A DNA stretch of 63,982 bases, counting the filler, from Squatina squatina (taxonomy: Eukaryota): assembly GCA_031763465.1 (NCBI GenBank). It is 3 parts of 2 records of this genome, joined end to end, with 100 filler letters (N's around TTAATTAATTAA, not from the genome) between each part and the next. Parts side by side here need not be neighbours in the genome. Positions count along the whole stretch, not along the records: positions 22,695 to 49,998 come from JARFOE010000001.1; 2 more parts are not named here. One strand, given 5' to 3'. The first letter of the stretch is position 1. Each line of letters begins with the position of its first letter. The position numbers were made by a program, and so were the translations under genes. The notes under the pieces are model-generated. The model was not told where the DNA came from, searched no databases, and saw nothing but the letters and a program-made list of their open reading frames with translations. Shown here in pieces: positions 34,759 through 48,709 of this stretch.

Positions 34759-37700
34759 AATAATGTTTTAAAAGCACATAACTTAGATTATTTCTCTCCT
34801 CTCTAGTTTACTGCATTCTGTTCTCTTTTTTTTCCAGGTTACCCCTTTCACTCACTGCCCAAAAGAGAGAGTACTTCTCCCAGGCCTGTGCCAATTCCAA
34901 TCATTAACCAGCAATTAGAATTAGATCAACTGCTCAGGTTAACCCACTCTCCCTTCTGTGTGGGAAAGCATCTGGTCTCCGCGTGGCACAGCTGACCATG
35001 AGTATGTGGACAATGGGGGGGCAGATTGACCCCTTGATGGCACCATTTTATTGAATCCAAATACACAGTAGCACCACAATTATATCTCACACAGATATTT
35101 CTTATTTTAGTTGGAAGTATTAATTTTAAAAAACTGAATTGCATTAAGTTTGGCAATTTTCTTGGTTTACCTTTGAAAAATATATACTCACATATATTCC
35201 TATATATAGGAAGTGTAAATATTTATGTGAAAGGGAGTGTAGATAAATATACAAGAAAGTAGTGTAGGTATATATGTTAGAGATCAGGGTAGATGAATGT
35301 ATTATTGTGGTNNNNNNNNNNNNNNNNNNNNNNNNNNNNNNNNNNNNNNNNNNNNNNNNNNNNNNNNNNNNNNNNNNNNNNNNNNNNNNNNNNNNNNNNN
35401 NNNNNNNNNNNAATTTTGGATTTATTCAGCCAAAATATTTTCAAAAGGATCAAACATCAAGTAATAAAAAGTTAAACTAACTGCACAAAACAGCATGCTG
35501 AACAAAAGAGTTTGTGTGCAGCAAGCTCATCGCTTTCTTTCCCATACGTGCTGCATCAATACAGAATAGAGCAGTGTTGACGCTGAATCTCTAATGGGAT
35601 GCCACTGTGATAATTGCTGGAACCATTGCCGCTTGCAGTGTATATATTATTTGGAGCGAAAGACAGAAAGAAAGCTGACATCTGTGACGGAATTGTGAGA
35701 AGAGTTGGAAAAAGCAAAGAGGCAGTTCCAGCTGGGTGAACTTCCTAATTTTGGATTCTTGTCTTTTTCAGCTCAAACCTTTTTACGGGTTGTGGCTCAG
35801 AGGCGGGGCAATGAACATTGCTGTTGCCAGTACTGCCCCAGATGAGGAGGGATCAAAACAGGATATGGGGGGGGTGGGGAAAGAAAGAGAAAAAAAAGTA
35901 TGACAAAATACATAATTTGTCTAGAAAACACGCCTCCTAGGAGAACTGCTGAGTGAAGATGTCATCTGCAGTGAGGAGATTCCTATTGTGCAAGTAAGTT
36001 CTTATGCTTAGATTACCTCCCTCAACCCCACCACCACCACGTGCATTTACACCACCCTCCTTAGTTCCTGTTGAAAACACCTCTCTTCCCTTGCTGGTTC
36101 ACATTCAAACTCCCTTATTGCCTCCAGCCATAGTCTATTTCAAGGAGAGCTGGTAAAATCCAGTTATAATTCCCCAGGGAGGACTCATTTTGCAGGCCTG
36201 GATTAAAAGAGAGTGCCTCCCCTCCTTAAGCAGGAAAGCCAACCTAGACTGCAATTAGTTAATTGAGACTTTTCTGATACTTCCCTGGGGTTACTTCAGG
36301 CTATTTCTGGTAGGCCAAAAAACTATTTTCACCACACTCTCATCATTTTTTTTTTCTGATGCCGCGAATGATCAGCCCTGCACTCTCTTATAGTGCTTGG
36401 GGCTGCTCCTCGTGGATCGCAGGTGCTGTTGCCCACGATTCCCAGCCTTACCTTGAAATCACCGCTCACTGGCCCTTCCCTTTCAGGCAGCGAAAGAGCC
36501 TATGAATCCAGCAGAGCTGCATGGGACATTGTGCTCTTGCTCCGTTTAGCACTTCAAGGGAAGTGGTAGTGCTTGATTTAGCGCTCAATGTCCCTCTTGG
36601 AGCGCTAAACCAGAAGTTTGCATCCGACTGAATTGTGTAGCGCCCGGCAATACTTTTGCGCAAAAGCTATCGCCCCAAACGGGGCGCTGCGCAATTTCTA
36701 GCCCCATACGTTTCTTTTCCTGCTGGGTGCCCTTGCTGATGGCTTCTCTTTATCTCCATGCAGTTGATTGCACTAAAAACCAAAAAAAACACAATTCTTT
36801 TGAGGTTCAGCACAAAAATCCCGAGGGGATATTTCCTTAATTTTGAGGTATTTACATTAAAATAGTGAAGGTGCATTTCAGTTGATTTTTTAGTGTTAAA
36901 ATGTGCTTAGCGATATTTCAATTCCTGTTCTGTCCTTCAATCCCCAGTTCTTGAACATATGGTGCGTGCACACACAAACACTAGAAGACCATTAATCTGG
37001 CAAACGTGCTACCTTAAAAAGTCAAGCAGAGCTCCTATTAAACAACTAATTAACTCTATTGCCCTCAGATAGTGATACATCTGATAGATTGTGTAAGTGA
37101 TTTATTTGGTGATTGCTGAGGAATACTTGAACAATGTTATCCTCTTCAATGGCCAAACAGTGCTATGCCCAGTTGTAGTTATGCAGGTGCCTTTCTAGTT
37201 CTCTTTGACAGCTGCCTGTCATGGTGAAAAGTATCACTGATGTCTTCTTAATGACATAGAAACATAGAAACATAGAAACACAGCTATTCCAGTCAAACAC
37301 AAACTAACTCCTGTTACCTGTTTCTGTCAATGATTTAGATTTCACCAATAAGACCTCTTCAATTCATCATTGCCTTTTTCTTTATGGCCAACTTTGGTCT
37401 AGTGCCCTTCTATAATGGGAATTCATTACCGTTTCTCAGAAGTTTAATTTGCTGCAAGTATTTCGAAACAACAAAAGAAAATGGGTAGATGTCACAAACA
37501 GCTGTATTTAGTTTAATCAGTGCTCAGCAAGGCTGCCGGAAAAAGGAAGATAGTAGGATAGATTTTGTGCGGCTCTGTGAGGCATGCAATCAGTACATAT
37601 CGGATAATTGCGGGTGCATTGCCTGCGATTGTCCAATATGTGGTAGCTTCAAAGCAGGGCTTTATAAAATTTACTCATTATTTATTCTTGAGGGAGACAA

Positions 37701-39433
37701 AAACCTAACACTGTCCATCTAACCTTGTTTGAATACACTTCTTTCGACTGTCCACTACCATAATGTATGACTTACATGATTGGAAATGAGTTTTACTCCA
37801 TTAGTGTGTAGCTGCTCAGTGACCACCAGCACAGNNNNNNNNNNNNNNNNNNNNNNNNNNNNNNNNNNNNNNNNNNNNNNNNNNNNNNNNNNNNNNNNNN
37901 NNNNNNNNNNNNNNNNNNNNNNNNNNNNNNNNNNGGCCATTTTCCCCCCCCCCCCCCCACCGAGTTTGTAAGTTTCTTAATGTGATTGGATCCCAGCTCA
38001 ATTCATATGCATAATTTAAGACAAGATTAAGATTAAGACAGGACAAGATCAGGAACAATATTAAATTAGAACTGGTTTACAATAGCATTCAATGTGTAGC
38101 TGGAAAGTTGTCTGAGGCAGTAATGTTAGAAGACAGGGGAATTTATCAAAGACTTGACTGAAGGTGCAAGTTAATAGCAAAAATGATTGGAGTGCTGCAT
38201 CGATTATTCAACCGATACATGTGTATTGGTCATGGGTAACTGACAATGAAAATTTATATTCCCCATTCCCATTTGTATTCCCTGATCTCCTATTTCCCAA
38301 TGGTGTGTGAAGTCATGCACAACATAATAACCATAATTCACTGATTTCACATCTTTTAAAATTCAGAACCAACTCATTTATGTTTCATATGAATCTATAC
38401 TTTTATTTGAGTCCTTTAGTACTAAAATTGTCTTGTGACTATATGTGTGGCTGTATTTGTGTCTGTTACTTTGACACAATTGGGCTATTCATTTTGAACA
38501 GCTTCCAGTTTTGCAAACATTAGTAGCACAGAGTGTCACTGGATTTTAGATTTGTTACACTGTTACTCCACTGCTCACACACAAACTGGCACCAAACCAA
38601 TTTGTGACAACATGCATCTTCATAATTTACAGTGACAGCCTATTATTCCATATTTGCTAACTGATGTGCACAAGGTAATGGGTAAAATGATTACATTATC
38701 AGAGAGAACTTTCAATGAGAAAGAATATCCTGGCAGCTGCTATGCCATAGCATTGGTTTATAAATTGGAAGGTCACTTTAATTTCTAACATTCGCTCTCT
38801 GGCTTCTGCTAGGAACAAGTTTGTCTCGGGTAAGAAACCAGGTGGAGAAGCATTACTTTGAACAACTGGTGGGCCACCTAGTGGCCAACATTGATGGGAA
38901 TGTTATTGTGTCATGCTGCACAGTGTGCCTACCACATCTTATATTCAGAAAGGAAGGTCCCAAGTTCAATAACCAGTCTGTGCTGAGTTAGGTCATCTCA
39001 ACCAGGACAGCAGTTGGCCTGATAAGATTGGCACCAGTGTCTCTGNNNNNNNNNNNNNNNNNNNNNNNNNNNNNNNNNNNNNNNNNNNNNNNNNNNNNNN
39101 NNNNNNNNNNNNNNNNNNNNNNNNNNNNNNNNNNNNNNNNNNNNNTCTTTTGACCTTATCTGATATACCAGTAACTTGTGTAGATGGAAGCATTTATCAG
39201 AAGAGTAAGTGAGGCGATGGTGCATCTATTTTATATTCTGCAGAATTTTCCTTTCCTGTTATTCCACTCATGCAGAACAGCCACTGAACTGGAATTAATT
39301 TGGGTTATTTCACATGAATCCTTCATGATATAGTCAAACGGACCAACCAAAAATGCAAAGCATCAGATTGCGAACAACGTTATTAGAAGGATTTTCAGAA
39401 ACTGTGAGAAAATCTTCCATTCTTCTGTTACAG

Positions 39434-39516
39434 AATCACAACCACAGCAGCATGTATGATGGACCTGAGGAGGTACCCCTTAGATGAACAGAACTGCACA
39501 CTTGAAATAGAGAGCT
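39434..39516 (+). CDS. GABRB1: GABRB1 exon 5 (Cys-loop)
   Basis: gttacAG|[27 protein letters not shown]|GTAAGT, 83 nt. Confidence 0.95.
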
Positions 39517-40458
39517 GTAAGTTCTCCTCTTGTATTCATGGTCTCATTGAAAAGTAGTAACGACTGAGGTAAAGTTACTGTATTGTGATGAATGTAACAA
39601 CTAATTAATAGAAAATAGAATATTAATGATAATCATCATTTTTGCCTCTGTCTGATGCCACGGTATCCTGAGATTTGATCGTAAATCTATTCCTTGGTTG
39701 ACATTTACTCAGACTTTTTCCAGATCACTCTTTACCAACCTCAGCACCGAGCAGATGTGAGATCCTGTGCCAACATGNNNNNNNNNNNNNNNNNNNNNNN
39801 NNNNNNNNNNNNNNNNNNNNNNNNNNNNNNNNNNNNNNNNNNNNNNNNNNNNNNNNNNNNNNNNNNNNNNNNNNNNNTCAGGTCTCCAATTGGGCATTAG
39901 TTGAGCAGTGTCTTATTAACACTTGCTCAAACTTCAGCATGCTGATTCCACCTGAGCTCCTGGTTCAAACTGGGGCCTGGTGTTGGGAGCTCTCCAGGGG
40001 AGTTGGAAAATCATGCTCTGCTCATGCCTAAATTTCCAAATTGTGCCTCCAGTGAGTGAAGTTTATCATCATTAGGACAAAATGAGAAAATGACCTTGGT
40101 AGAGAGTAGGATGAGTGCATGGGTCAGTGCCAAGCTATCAGGGTAGCTGTGTGGTTGCTACAATTGGCAATTTTAGCAACACATACTTGTGCAAGCTGCA
40201 GAGGGCTGAAACTTGCCTTGGCCAGCACCAAACAGCAGTATCCTTGTTTGCAGGGGATATTTTTTCTTTTTTTCTAACGAGAAGCTGGAAAGGACACATC
40301 TGCAATAAGCACCAACAACACATTTGAAATCAGTTCAGTCCTACTCAGGTGCACATTCACTTCCTACTGCTCTTAGCTCAAATCTTTGTTTCCATTTTGC
40401 ATGAAAAACTGAGTTAGAAGCCAGTCTGAAATTATTTTTATTTCTCAACATTTCACAG

Positions 40459-40706
40459 GAATCACAACCGTACTTACCATGACAACTATCAGCACTCACC
40501 TCAGGGAAACCCTTCCCAAAATCCCCTATGTTAAGGCCATTGACATTTACTTGATGGGTTGTTTTGTGTTTGTATTCCTGGCTTTATTGGAGTACGCTTT
40601 TGTCAACTATATATTCTTTGGAAGAGGGTCGCAGCTTCAGAAGAAAGCAGCTGAGAAAAGCATTCAGACCCACGTGAAAAGCAGATTGGGAACCAACAAA
40701 ACTCAG
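40459..40706 (+). CDS. GABRB1: GABRB1 exon 8 (M2, M3 and start of the intracellular loop)
   Basis: (G)[56 protein letters not shown]...TNKTQ|GTAAAA. Ser at M2 15' (TTISTH) and AIDIYL are beta1-diagnostic, and COMMD8/ATP10D synteny agrees. Confidence 0.95.
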
Positions 40707-42708
40707 GTAAAAAAAAGGGGTTGCCATGCGAGCCTAACAGATGAAAAAAATTGCCTCACATTTTACCAATGTTTCTTATCTCTATCATATTTTAGACTGA
40801 TTAGTCAACAAGTTTCTTCAGCTCTTAGCTGGAGTCAAATGTGATGAAAGGAAATGGTGGANNNNNNNNNNNNNNNNNNNNNNNNNNNNNNNNNNNNNNN
40901 NNNNNNNNNNNNNNNNNNNNNNNNNNNNNNNNNNNNNNNNNNNNNNNNNNNNNNNNNNNNNATTTCTGGTCTGTCTTTGAATTAAAAACTCTAGCCTCAA
41001 ATGAGTAAACCTTGAACTGCTCCAATTAAGATAAACAGTCTTTATGCCAGATGTTCATTTGTCCCTACAATAGTGTAGAGGATGAAGTATACCTGTAGAA
41101 CTACTGTATATATTCATTCACAACTTATAATTTTTATGTAAATAAATAATGGACACCTTGGTATTTACTGGTATAAGTCCCATTCACAAGATTACAGTAA
41201 AACTGCAAGAAGTATTGCACTAAGCATTTTGTTTTTGTTGATATATGAAACCTTGGGGCAGTAAAATGATTGAGGATTACATACTTCCGATCTCCATTTT
41301 AAGCAATTGCTCTTTCTTGAAGCTGTTTTGGTGCTGTGACACAAGAGGTGGTGTTTTCTCAAATTGATGCTATTGATGAATAATCATGTGAAGTGACATC
41401 ACAAGCAGACTTTTACTGAATGCATGTTCCATGTCGATACATCGGGACAGTCGTTTTGAACACTCCCACCNNNNNNNNNNNNNNNNNNNNNNNNNNNNNN
41501 NNNNNNNNNNNNNNNNNNNNNNNNNNNNNNNNNNNNNNNNNNNNNNNNNNNNNNNNNNNNNNNNNNNNNNGCCCAGAACAAAAATCAGATGGTTCAGGAT
41601 TTTACATCCTCAGGCTAGCTCATGGGTACTACTGGAGTTTGGGAAGTTTGAATCAGTGGATTTTTAACATGTATCTACAGCCACTGACTTCCTAAAAAGA
41701 ATCCCACTTTCCCCAACGTTGCCTCTACCCATAGACATGGGCCACCAGCAGGCCATGACTTCTCAGGTGGTGGTACGTTGCATCCCTTACAGTAACACTA
41801 GGGTAGCAGTTACTTCTAAGTCTACGATCACAATTACAACAGAATATTTAAAGGACTTCAAAATATCAAGCAATATAAATGAAACAATTAGGTTAAAATA
41901 TCTAAAGAGGGTTAAATATCTTACAAAAATGGAAGAATGAGTACGCATACAATATACACACATAGTTTTGCAAGATGTTTTTCTATTTCTCTAACCCTCC
42001 ACCCTCTCTCAAAAGATAATTAATCCACAACTAGTTGCGAGGGCTCTGCCAATTGAAATGGTCAATAGGTAATACACTAAAGTGCTGCAGATGGACTGGT
42101 TGCAGTTTGTCCTTCCGATCCAGGAAACTGAGTTGCAAAATTCATATGAACAATTATGAGGGAAATCTGACCACAACCTTAGAAATAAAGTTATTTCTCC
42201 GGTAAAGCTTTTTCATGGGGCCTTCTTGAATTAAGTAATGAATATATAAACCAGCTACAGTCGATCACTCAGGCAACAAAAAAAAACTTCAGCACTGAAT
42301 ATTTCAATTATTGTGGCTAGTTATTGAATCAAATACTGTGCACATCCATAATCCTTAACTGAGTGTCAAAAAATAAAGAACAAAGCAGGTTTTCATCACG
42401 TTTCTGATAGTTCTCCAGGCTTGACTTAACTTCTTTATTTATTCATGGAATCTTGATGGTGTAATTACACTCTCTTACTTCAGTAACAGTGTAAAGCTCC
42501 AAGTAGCTCGCAGTCTCTATTGGAAATGTTACAGAAATAGATGCCACTGATTATCTTCAGTCATTTTATTTGTAGAACAACCTGTCAAGANNNNNNNNNN
42601 NNNNNNNNNNNNNNNNNNNNNNNNNNNNNNNNNNNNNNNNNNNNNNNNNNNNNNNNNNNNNNNNNNNNNNNNNNNNNNNNNNNNNNNNNNTTAAGTTCTG
42701 CAACCAAC

Positions 42709-42864
42709 CTCTTCATCTGACAAATGCTTGCCACTGGCATGTTTTACAAATGCTGAGGCTTCCTCTAGGAGCTCCATCCATTCCACAAGACTCCAAACAT
42801 TTCCAAAATCCTGAAATCGAGGGAGTGCACGTCCACAAATACCATCAATTACTCTGTGAATGAA
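42709..42864 (-). CDS. COMMD8: COMM domain-containing protein 8, exon 2
   Basis: ctgcAG|FIHRVIDGICGRALPRFQDFGNVWSLVEWMELLEEASAFVKHASGKHLSDEE|GTTGGT, 156 nt; matches COMMD8 LLHKIIDGICGRAYP..QDY..VW...EWM. Lies between GABRB1 and ATP10D on the opposite strand. Confidence 0.92.
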
Positions 42865-43674
42865 CTGCAGAGAAAAGAAATAGAAAACTTTAAACACAAA
42901 AACACACAATGTCTATGTAATTCCATTTTAAATGGCATTATACTATCTGCTTCAAAAGGCACTTGTGAAGCATTTCCAGACCATGTGAAAAAATATCTTA
43001 ACACCTTTGTTCTTCCACGATACCCTCAGTCTGTGTCTCCTTGTTACTTCTTTGCCAACTGGCTGAAAAATCTTGTTCAAACTGTCTATTAATCTCTCCA
43101 ATGAGAAAATCCCAATTTTTCAAACCTTTCTTCATAACAAATCACCTCTCATTCTCAGATTAATTTCAGCCAAGCTTCATTGTACCCTTTTCATGGCTGT
43201 ACTATCCCACTTATAATAGGATGCACGGAACTACACACAATACTCTAATTGTAGCCTAACCCAATTAAAATCTGTACGTTCAACATTGCTTCCTAGTTTT
43301 ATATTCAATGCTTCTATGTACAAATTCGAATAGGTTGTACTAACTTACAAAAACATAGTGAGTTAGCTAAATTTGTTTTTGCTTAATTAGAGGAATTTTA
43401 TTCCTAATACAATCGCTTGCTGAAATTATGTTCTTTATAATCTGCAATACTTTTTAAACCAACAAAAATAGAAGTACTTTAAGAGTGCATTTACATTATA
43501 AATTCAGCAATGCTTGACATGGATGATAATTTTATGTGGTGGAAATGAAGTTACAGTCCAACCTAGTCTGGAACAATGCAGATTAAAACTTCCTCCTTCA
43601 CAGGTGAAGTTCAGGGCCCCAAACTCTTGATTTAGGCTGCATTTGCACTTTGAATAAACTGTTTAAAAAATACA

Positions 43675-44010
43675 GACTTGCATTTATATAGCACCCATCA
43701 CACCCTCAGATATCCCAAAACACTTCACAGCCAATGGGCAATTTGTTGAAGTGTAGTCACTGTTGTTTCGTAGACAAACACAACTGCCAATTTATGCACA
43801 GCAAGGTCCCACAAACAGTAATGAGACAAATGATCAGTTAGATTTTTTTTGTTGTTGTTTGAGGGACGAAAATTGGTCAGAACATCAAATTAACTCTCTG
43901 ATCTTCTTTGTAAAAGTGCCATGGGATCTTTTATGCTCTTCTTTATATGAAGACAGGGCTTAGTTTAACGTCTATCAGTGCCGCCAACAATGCAGCACTC
44001 CCACTGTTGT
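43675..44010 (-). mobile_element. Deu-domain SINE
   Basis: acttgcatttatatagcacc tail, gcacagcaaggtcccacaaacag, and gtgccatgggatcttt (reverse complement of the Deu core). Confidence 0.75.
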
Positions 44011-44340
44011 TCCAGCTTAGTTTATGCTGTTACCATTGTAATGTAAATGTACCCTAAATTCTACTATGCAATGGATGATTAATTATACAAGTGCTGTCTT
44101 TATATGTACAAATATAGTTACAGAAACTTCTGGATTTGTTCAGAGTTGGATGATTTTAGCTGGAACAACAGTTGCAACCCTACAATTGACCTCAGCACCC
44201 ATGTAAGGGCACGAAAAAAAACTCACTCATCCTTTCACGTCTGTTATTCAGCAATCACTGCTAAAGCTGTAGGGATATTTGAATTCAGCACTGGACAGTG
44301 ATATCCCTCAGGTAAAATGACTTGTTGCCACTCAATGGAC

Positions 44341-44443
44341 CTCAAAAGGTGGTAATTTCAGGATTACACCCAGTGCCACGTGCTAGCAAGAGTAGAAATA
44401 GGAAGATATATCAGATGAATACATGGCTGGAGAGATGGTGTAG
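44341..44443 (+). mobile_element. CR1 ORF1 esterase fragment
   Basis: KVVISGLHPVPRASKSRNRKIYQMNTWLERWC. Confidence 0.8.
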
Positions 44444-45734
44444 NNNNNNNNNNNNNNNNNNNNNNNNNNNNNNNNNNNNNNNNNNNNNNNNNNNNNNNNN
44501 NNNNNNNNNNNNNNNNNNNNNNNNNNNNNNNNNNNNNNNNNNNATTAAATGCTCTTAGGGAAAACAATTCCATTACAAAATGTGATTTCTGTTAAGTCAA
44601 CAATTTCAGTTAGCTTTGAAAGTGACTAGTTAATTTGTTGGGCATTACAGCTTTAAGAGGGATGCTGGGTGATCAGTGTGCTTATCATGCATGACATGAG
44701 CGACAGGCATGAACTGAGAATGGCTTTTGAAATGACACCCTTAAACTTTAAATCGACACTTGCACCAGTGAATATCAGAAGGAATCTTCAATTGCAGGTG
44801 TAAATGTCACAGGGTGAGATTGCTGTCAGAGGGCCTTCTCTGATGTATTGTTTGAATCAGCAGCTGGTGGCTTTGATAGTGTGCAGTACCTATGATCTTA
44901 ACAACAGCATGCAGGAGAGTAATTTATTCAGAGGTAACTGTTGTTGGTTTGGAGTCCTGGAAAAGCATGATATTTCTCTTTTTAAAATAAGAATACTTGT
45001 CATCTGTTGGTCCAGATCTGGCTCAATAACTATGTATGGTGGGGTGTGCATTTTTACCCTACTGTTAAGTTTGCTCCAGTGAATTGATCTAGAATAAATG
45101 GTTTCACAAAAGAAAGAATCTGAGGATTATCATTTTTTTTTGCCTGTTCCCATTTGTTAAATATTAATGCGAAGTGACTGCAGCACTAATCAGTGGGGTG
45201 GTAGCTGCACAGCCTCTAACAATAGTGTCTCAGGAAACTGCTTGTCTGCTTCTGGTCTGCTAGTTCCATTCAGCCAGTAGGCTCTGCACTCAGTCTGATT
45301 CAAGCAATGTCAGGAATCACATGTTGGTGCAGTATAAAACTAAGTGAGGGTAAAATAATTGCATAGCAAAAAAAAGACCATGAGTACCAGGTCGTATTCC
45401 ATATAGATTAAAATTTAAGTCCAGAAAAGTCCCAAGACATAAAATTTTGGCTATACCTTCTTTCTCCTTAAATAAAACATCAGCATTTACAGGAAGTGCA
45501 TCAATATTTCTAGCAGTTGTCTTCATTCTAATTAGGTAGTATTGAGTGGCAACAGCCATGTCATTAAAATTAAGAAACCAAGGTGAAGGACCAAGGCCCA
45601 TTGGCAGAATACCATCTAAGTGGAAATGGGCAAGNNNNNNNNNNNNNNNNNNNNNNNNNNNNNNNNNNNNNNNNNNNNNNNNNNNNNNNNNNNNNNNNNN
45701 NNNNNNNNNNNNNNNNNNNNNNNNNNNNNNNNNN

Positions 45735-45810
45735 TGATCATACTGAATGGCGGTGCAGGCTCGAAGGGCCAAATGGCCTACTCCTGCACCTATTTTCTAT
45801 GTTTCTATGG
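45735..45810 (+). repeat. CR1-type 3' end
   Basis: gaatggcggtgcaggctcgaagggccaaatggcctactcctgcacctattttctatgtttctatg. Confidence 0.8.
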
Positions 45811-46170
45811 TACATCATGCATCCTCCAATGTACAATTGGCCTAAGTTAGGACGTATGTGGTGCCATTCAATGTCAACGATGATCATTTTTTAGTATCTA
45901 CTTTAATCACTACATGTGCTTTGAAGAATAAAAACTAGCTTAGCTATTACATTTTTTAATTAAAATGGCAATTGAGAAATTCCTGTATTTCACATGAAAG
46001 GTCATTTTCTATGGATTTTGTATAATTTAAAAACTTTCAAAAATTGAATCCTTATCTCCAAAGCTAGCAAGAACAATTTTTTGATTTTATTGTATTCTTT
46101 GTGTTTTTTCTAGCTGAGCCCTGGTTGATCCAGAGCACCCAAATATACCTGCTGGTCAGAATTTATGAAG

Positions 46171-46448
46171 ATGGCAAACCCAATCCAATGGGCACGTTAC
46201 AGATGGCAGAGATTGCTGTCTACAGATGGGAGCAGTAACAGATACACTTTATCATCACCCCCTGGATGGTTCAAAACTTCTCCATCGCAGAAATCTGGAT
46301 GCAATCATCGTTTAGTAATTCCCTGCCTTGGTGGATTCACTGAAGAATATGAAAAGGTCATCAAAAATTACATGACCAATAGGATTCAAACGACCAAGTA
46401 TACTCTGCTGAACTTCATTCCAAGGAATTTGTTTGAACAGTTTCACAG
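46171..46448 (+). CDS. ATP10D: P4-ATPase lipid flippase ATP10D, first coding exon
   Basis: [16 protein letters not shown]...[27 protein letters not shown]|GT. The QWARY N-terminus is ATP10D-like. Exon acceptor at 46113/46114. The ATG at 46171 has the stronger Kozak context (AAGATGG); an in-frame ATG also lies at 46165. Confidence 0.9.
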
Positions 46449-47570
46449 GTAATGTCTGTTAACTGGAAGCTTACTTGTACAGTCTAACCTCTTCATGACG
46501 ATGTAAATGTAAATTCACTTTACTTCATTGTTAATCTCTTATCCTGTTTTTGAAAATGTAAAATTTTGGTTGCTTGTATAGACTGGTGCTCCTAAAAGTA
46601 GGTGTTATCACTTAAGCATTAAAAAAGAAGCCATTGCATAGAGGTTTCTCAGCATGACTCTGCTTGCACCAGAAGCAAGGGATCGAGGTAGAGTGTTTGT
46701 TCTTGGTATCTAGGGATTAGTTACGCTAGAGATTGGCAAGAAGGCCCTGCCTCCTAGTGGTCATGTCAGTTAGGACGATTGCCTTTCATGGTATCTGTGT
46801 GTGGAAGGTGCAAGTTTGTGCTAAGAGCAGGCTGCAGACTGTGTGGTACTTTCCCAGTTCCACGTGGAAGCTGAACGCCACTCACTCTGATGGCACATGC
46901 TTGTTGTGGGAAAGGCAGCACTTTGCCACAGGGATAGGGAATGCACCTTCTTGGAGCTAGTAGTGATAGTTGTGCTAGCCTGCACATCTCGGGGTCCTCG
47001 CTCTCCACTGGTCGGGCCCAGCAACCACTGAGCTGGATCCTTTAGGATTATAAGACCAGTCAGTGTTCTATTTTTCTGCTGGACTGCTAACTGGATGTGG
47101 GGAATGACCAGAATATGTGTCGGTGGTGCCTTTCTAGCCACAGTCCCTCCCAGAAGTTCAAGAAGTTTGAGGGGGNNNNNNNNNNNNNNNNNNNNNNNNN
47201 NNNNNNNNNNNNNNNNNNNNNNNNNNNNNNNNNNNNNNNNNNNNNNNNNNNNNNNNNNNNNNNNNNNNNNNNNNNTGACTTACAGTCAACAGAGTTCAGT
47301 CTACCTCCTCATAATTCAAACTTATTTTTGTGCAAAAAATGTAATTATCCATAGTTTGAATTATGAAATGTACACACCACAGCAAAGTGGGAATTTCAGA
47401 GAATATGAATTAGCGACTTTGAATTTAAATGTAGACTGTGTAGTCTTTTTAATAGTTAGCGAACAATTAAAAAAAATTCTACGTTTGATTGTAATGAAGA
47501 ATTTTTGTGGAGTCATTTTTTTGTCCCCCTTCATTTTATAATTTAACTTTCTTCCTTTATGTTCTTTCAG

Positions 47571-47765
47571 GGCTGCAAACCTATACTTCCTGTTTATAGT
47601 TGTTCTAAACTGGGTGCCGTTAGTGGAAGCGTTTCAAAAGGAGATAACTATGCTGCCATTGGTAGTGGTTCTTGCAATTATTGCAATTAAAGATGGGATT
47701 GAAGATTATCGGCGCTACAAATTTGACAAACAAATAAACAACCGAACAACTAAAGTATATGACAA
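47571..47765 (+). CDS. ATP10D: ATP10D second coding exon (TM1-TM2)
   Basis: tttcAG|AANLYFLFIVVLNWVPLVEAFQKEITMLPLVVVLAIIAIKDGIEDYRRYKFDKQINNRTTKVYD|GTAAGT, 195 nt. Confidence 0.93.
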
Positions 47766-47974
47766 GTAAGTCGACAACTTTTCCCTTTCTTCAATTTGAC
47801 AGAACTGTTGTGGCCCTGAACACTTTGGTGTTGAAGGCTAAGTGTTATTATTAGTTCAAGTAATGTTTAGATGTNNNNNNNNNNNNNNNNNNNNNNNNNN
47901 NNNNNNNNNNNNNNNNNNNNNNNNNNNNNNNNNNNNNNNNNNNNNNNNNNNNNNNNNNNNNNNNNNNNNNNNNN

Positions 47975-48085
47975 GGCGGGGAGGTGGAATTGAGAAATGT
48001 CGGATCAGCCATGATCCAATTGAATGGCGGAGTGGGCTCGACGGGCCGAATAGCCTACTCCTGCTCCTACTTCTTATGGTATTAT
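47975..48085 (+). repeat. CR1-type 3' end
   Basis: gatcagccatgatccaattgaatggcggagtgggctcgacgggccgaatagcctactcctgctcct. Confidence 0.8.
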
Positions 48086-48456
48086 GGTACAAATTGAGTG
48101 GCGAGGAAGGCATATCACCACAGAGAGGTTACAGTAAGTTTACAGACATTGCAGTGGCTGAACTCTGGGAGCTGGCTGATCAGCCTTTAATTGGAAATTG
48201 ATGCATAACACAGAGGTTCAAAAAGGGCAATTTTTAAAAAGTAAGGGGTTTAATTTTCATAAAATGCATATTTTCAGTATTGCAGTTTCATAAATATTTC
48301 AACAGTATCGGGAGTTGGATAACCAGATTTTACATTCTGTGAAAGTACAGTGATAACAACAGAAATGCATCTGTTCAAACCAAAACTTATCCTATGCAGT
48401 TTGGTTCAGTGCAAATCCTGCTTTTGTTTACACCATTCTGGCTCTTTATTTCTCAG

Positions 48457-48709
48457 GTGCTAATCCCAATTTCCTTGTATGTATCTATTGAAATTGTCAA
48501 GCTGGGCCAAATACTCCTCCTCCAGAGTGACACTGACTTGTACAATGACAACACAGATTCAACCATACAGTGCCGGGCCTTGAACATCACTGAAGACCTG
48601 GGACAGATCGAATACATCTTCTCAGATAAGACTGGAACACTAACTGAGAACAAAATGGTCTTCTGCAGGTGCAACATTGCTGGTGTTGAGTATTTCCATG
48701 AAGAAAATG
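48457..48709 (+). CDS. ATP10D: ATP10D exon with the PISL and DKTGT phosphorylation motifs
   Basis: tctcAG|[18 protein letters not shown]...[46 protein letters not shown]|GTATGT. Confidence 0.93.

Noticed and set aside
46733-47175. Overlapping short ORFs in ATP10D intron
   Set aside because: No recognisable protein; likely a degraded retroelement that I cannot classify with confidence.
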